A stretch of DNA of 61,859 bases, the filler included, from Rhabdomonas costata (lineage: Eukaryota), in assembly GCA_019059605.1 (NCBI GenBank). It is 15 parts of 15 records of this genome, joined end to end, with 100 filler letters (N's around TTAATTAATTAA, not from the genome) between each part and the next. Parts side by side here need not be neighbours in the genome. Positions count along the whole stretch, not along the records: positions 57,853 to 61,859 come from JAHMHO010000408.1; 14 more parts are not named here. The stretch is one strand, 5' to 3'. Below, one piece after another: positions 57,894 to 61,859 of the stretch. The notes under the pieces are model-generated. The model worked only from the letters and a program-made list of their open reading frames with translations, was not told the DNA's origin and did no database searches. The position numbers and the translations under genes are program-made. Positions within the stretch are counted from its first letter, which is position 1, and the number at the start of each line of letters is the position of its first letter.

Positions 57894-60800
57894 CTGTCCA
57901 GAGGTAAGGATGCCCTGCAAGGCGAGGAGGCTAGCACGGAGGATGCGTCCGTCGGGGAGACGAAGGAGCTCGCATATTGGGGCCACGCATCCCTGCTCGA
58001 CGAGGTACCGTACCTGGGCAGGGGTGCCGCCTGAGGCCGCGTTGGCGATCACCTGAGGGTGCCAACCCACGACGCAAGACAAGAAGAAACTAGGGCATTC
58101 AAAACAAAATTCAAACGGCGTGGGTCAGAATGGATCAATGGTGTGACCACTGACCTGAAGCGCTGCATTATTCCCCTTCAGGTACAGGCGAGCACACCCA
58201 GCAGGTCATTTGGACGTGCACAAGGTGCGAGCGTTGCGGCAGAGCGAGTATACGTCATGAAAAAGGGGTGGGGTCCGGTGACCCGAATTTGAAAGCTAGT
58301 GCCTAAAAAGATTACGCAACGTAAGGAAGCGCGATACGCCGTGGGAAATGAAACACACAATGGTAAAGACAAATAATAGCAAACAAACGATAACAGCAGA
58401 GATGTGAGGTAAGCGCGTTGCATGCACAGCGGAATCAGCTCTTCACATTACAAAATTATTGGATGGTGTCCCCACATAACTCAGATTATGAATGGCGAAC
58501 GCCCACTTTGCCTTTTTGCTCTTCAGTTCAAGAAATGAGAAAAGCTGACACATGGATGCATGGGTGGGGTGGAGGGCAAAGGGGTTATCCAACCCTTCAG
58601 GTTTGCTCAGATTTTGATCAGTACCCTGTGTGAAAGGATGAGAGAGAGAGAGAGGGACACAAATCTCTACCCAGGCCGCCTCCTTGCGGATCTCAAGTTC
58701 GGAAGAACTCAGCATGTCGATCACCGGAGGGATTAAGTTGGCGTTGATCACAGCTTGGATCTGCTCCTGAGCGCAGGAACCGCGGAGAAGGGAAACACAC
58801 AATGCAGTTATCCTTCACGACAGCAAACCGCCAAAGCACAGCGAGAATGAGAACGTATTATAAAAGCAGAAGACCATGCGCAACCCTAAGTTCTCGGCGT
58901 TGGTGATCGATGTTACCATCAATTTTGTCCCATATACCAACATATTCATGCCCACTCATGCTGACCACCATTGTCCCAGCGCGTCCCCCACGTCGAATTC
59001 AATAAACGATGTTCATTGCGCGCTCCACCTTGTTGCCTGCCACCACATTTGAGACCGTCCAGCAGGCCTCCTTGCGGAGGTTCTTCTTGGTGTGCGACAG
59101 AAGCAGGTGCAGGCAGGGAAGCAACCCCGCGTCGATGACCATCTAAGCAAAGCAGGTGGGCGCATTCCCCCTACTGATATGGACAGGAAAGGTAGGTGAT
59201 GGGAAGGGAATTGGAATGGCGGGGGTAATTCAAATAAAAAGACACGGCCCACCACAGCGAATGCTGGTTTCGTGCACAGGTTGCAACGACAGAACCTTGC
59301 GGAGCAAGCCAGCAAACAAAAGAGACAGCATAAGAGAGGGCTACATGTCAGCCCCTACATGTTGTAGTGCAGTGACCTGCTATAAAAAAGCAATTGGTTC
59401 AGACCAATACATTAAGCAATCCATTAGCCTCTTTACATTTCTACAGACGACGCTCTTACTTGTGGCTCACTCGCTTAAAGCACTGGGCTACCGTGCGCAC
59501 AGGCACAAGCGGTGGGATGAAACAAAGAATGTGCCTGGGTTTGTTGGTCCGTCCCCGCGACCACGCTCCCAAGCACCCGCAGCGCGGGAATCTGAATGGC
59601 CACACTGTTGGTCATCACCAGCTCTACCAGCCGCGGGAGAACGTTTAGCGCCAGCACAGCCTGGAACAAGAAAGTGGTCGTACGAGAGAGGCAGGAGTCC
59701 GGCTATGCAGCTCCAGTCCTCAAGGACAATTCTTGAGGGATTTTCTTTGAACGGAATCGATTTTGTGGAGTCCAAACATTAGCTGGGGCACGGACCCAAG
59801 TGGCACACCTAAAACAATCGATTTGGGGGTTGATTTTGTGAACCCCGTGTGAAATTGAGCCAGACTTTGCCCAGGGCTGCTCAGAAATCGGAAAGCAATC
59901 CTCAGGAGCACGAACCTCCATTTCGTTAGCGTTAGGCACTTTCGATCACCTTCTACGCTAAACTCTGCCTTTCAGCATCCGCTAATGTCCTCTCTACACC
60001 GCTTCTTCGGTTTCCTACTGTTCTTCACCTCATTCAGCTTTTCTATGCGGCGGGGGGGGGGGCAAAAGGCGCTCTTTTGGCAAAGCAGTGAACACAGCAC
60101 CCCAAATCCAAAGAGTCCAGCAAACAGCGATACAACGTGCCGGTTGAGCGGTCACCTATCGATGACGTTTTCCCCTCGCTTCGATGCGAGTGCCGTCAGG
60201 ATGCGGAGGATGCGGTGGAAGGGGTTTTATGAGAAGGAGGATTGTGCGGCTGGATACGTCAACTGAGGTCGGCGCCCTTGCCGGATGATGTGCTTCTTAT
60301 CTTTTCGTACCGAGCCGGACGAACAGGACAAACAGAAACCAAGCCTGCCATGTGTTCAGGTTGTGCGCCAGTCCGTCTTTTAGCTTTCCCGTTGTCCTGT
60401 TCTTGGAAAGACTACAGGAATCATCCATTCACCCTTCGTGCCTTTTTGTTCTGCGTCCACTTTTTCTTTCTCTGGCGAAACAAAAAACAACCTGTACGCG
60501 CTCGCTGGGGCCGTCCGTGCAGTAGGACAACGCCCAGCACACCTCGGTCACCACCTCGTCGTCGGGGTGGAACAGGTACTGCCCCAGGAGGGGCAGGATG
60601 GGGCACAGCTGCGAGGGAGGGAAGACACAACGGTCTCATGGAGGACCAACGCACAGTCTCTCTGCAAGTTAGAGTTTTTCACAAGCACAGCATTGCCTCC
60701 AGTTGAGAAAAAGTGGCCGTGATTAAGTTCGGAGTTCAGTTGGCCTGGGAAAAAATCTGAAGTTCAGGAGACCTTTCTCATACCACTCTACATTGCCACC

Positions 60801-61611
60801 TACGGATTCCTGGGTCCTTCTTTTAAAGGCAAAGGATGCCTTGGACGATTCCGCCGCTGCGTGGGGGAATGTTTTGATAGCAAAGCCATGTCTCGAATTT
60901 TGGGCTGAAGCTCTGAGTTTGCGCTCAGAATGGCGACGCTGAAGCAGATCGAGGACTATCTAAGTTATCAGTGGCTCCCCTTCCTATTGTGTTTTAGTCA
61001 TCATTTATTTTTTCATGTTTCAAAACAATTTTTTGAGGGCAAAGCCGAAGCAGGTCCGGGGTCTTTTCTATGTACAGTTGGCCTCCCGAAACACTGCGTG
61101 GCAGGTCCTTGCACCCTCAGGCCGGTACCCACCCGTGCCCCTTGGCGGCTCTTACTTTTTATCTTGTGCCGCTTCTTTCCCCAGCGCAGCGGAGGGTTTA
61201 TCAACGGCATTTCTTACTTCTTACTCTCACCCAGCGAAAATTCTTGACGACACCCACAATGCCCGCACTCTCATGACTGAGATTAAAGCAACTGGCACCG
61301 ATTCGCCACGGCCAACGAAAAATTGATACAATCGCAGAAACTCCTACGAAATAGGAAAGTGGGTTGAGGTAAGGTTGGGGCACAGACCACTGAGAGCTCT
61401 GGGCGGGGCTTTCCACGGCACAGGTTGGAGATCGCCCACGCGGAGTTCCGCAGCAGGCTGAGCCGGGGAGCACCGGAGCCTGGCTGCTGCTGCTGCTGAG
61501 TGAGAACCTCGGCCAGGGCAGGCAGCACGCCCAGCCCCAAGAGGTAGTCACGGCACGGCGGGCTATCCCCCGCAATGTTCCCACACGCCCATACTGCCTG
61601 GTCTCGGGTGT
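57894..61611 (-). CDS. Importin alpha (karyopherin alpha), partial (exons 61611-61388, 60608-60492, 59660-59535, 59142-59029, 58766-58671, 58052-57894)
   Basis: ARM repeats: [103 protein letters not shown]. Confidence 0.95.
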
Positions 61612-61859
61612 CTGAGAAGGTATCCCAGACTCCGAAAAACCCCACCACATGCGTCCGCGCCGAGCGATGAACTTCTCACAGAGTTTCTTTCCCGATTTTG
61701 TACAAAAGCCTGGGACGTGTGGGACAGTCGGAGGCTGCAAAAAGGGGAACGCTGTCTGACAGAGGGTCCGATTAGGATAACTTTTAATATTAAATCTACC
61801 ACGGTGGATTTCTATTGCCAAATGAACACCAGAAGCACAGGCAGAAGGCGCCCTTAACC

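Overview
This is not one locus. It is 15 unrelated ~4-kb contigs joined by artificial 100-nt N/TTAATTAATTAA spacers. G/T-only contig starts, A/C-only contig ends and terminal fold-backs point to a whole-genome-amplified (single-cell-type) assembly. Most contigs are nuclear DNA of an intron-rich protist, probably a euglenid or other euglenozoan, since one intron has the euglenid non-conventional geometry. They carry fragments of SWR1 helicase, calpain, a NIT-domain sensor, condensin CAP-D3, a calmodulin-like protein, a CHRD-like protein and importin alpha, complete 3-hydroxyacyl-CoA dehydrogenase and ankyrin genes, and decayed transposons. The standout is contig 7 (24841-28873), which reads as a cryptic mitochondrial chromosome. 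A perfect 19-bp hairpin separates a leftward unit (reduced ~950-nt LSU rRNA, ~700-nt SSU rRNA, nad3-, nad8- and rps12-like frames) from a rightward nad9-like frame (TGA read through). These stay largely collinear with their homologues, yet near-universal rRNA loop nucleotides, Fe-S cysteines and the nad9 ERE motif are replaced, and in-frame stops occur. This suggests either massive RNA editing/recoding of an undescribed kind or a degenerating organelle genome/NUMT. All homology calls were made by eye against remembered consensus motifs; no searches were run.
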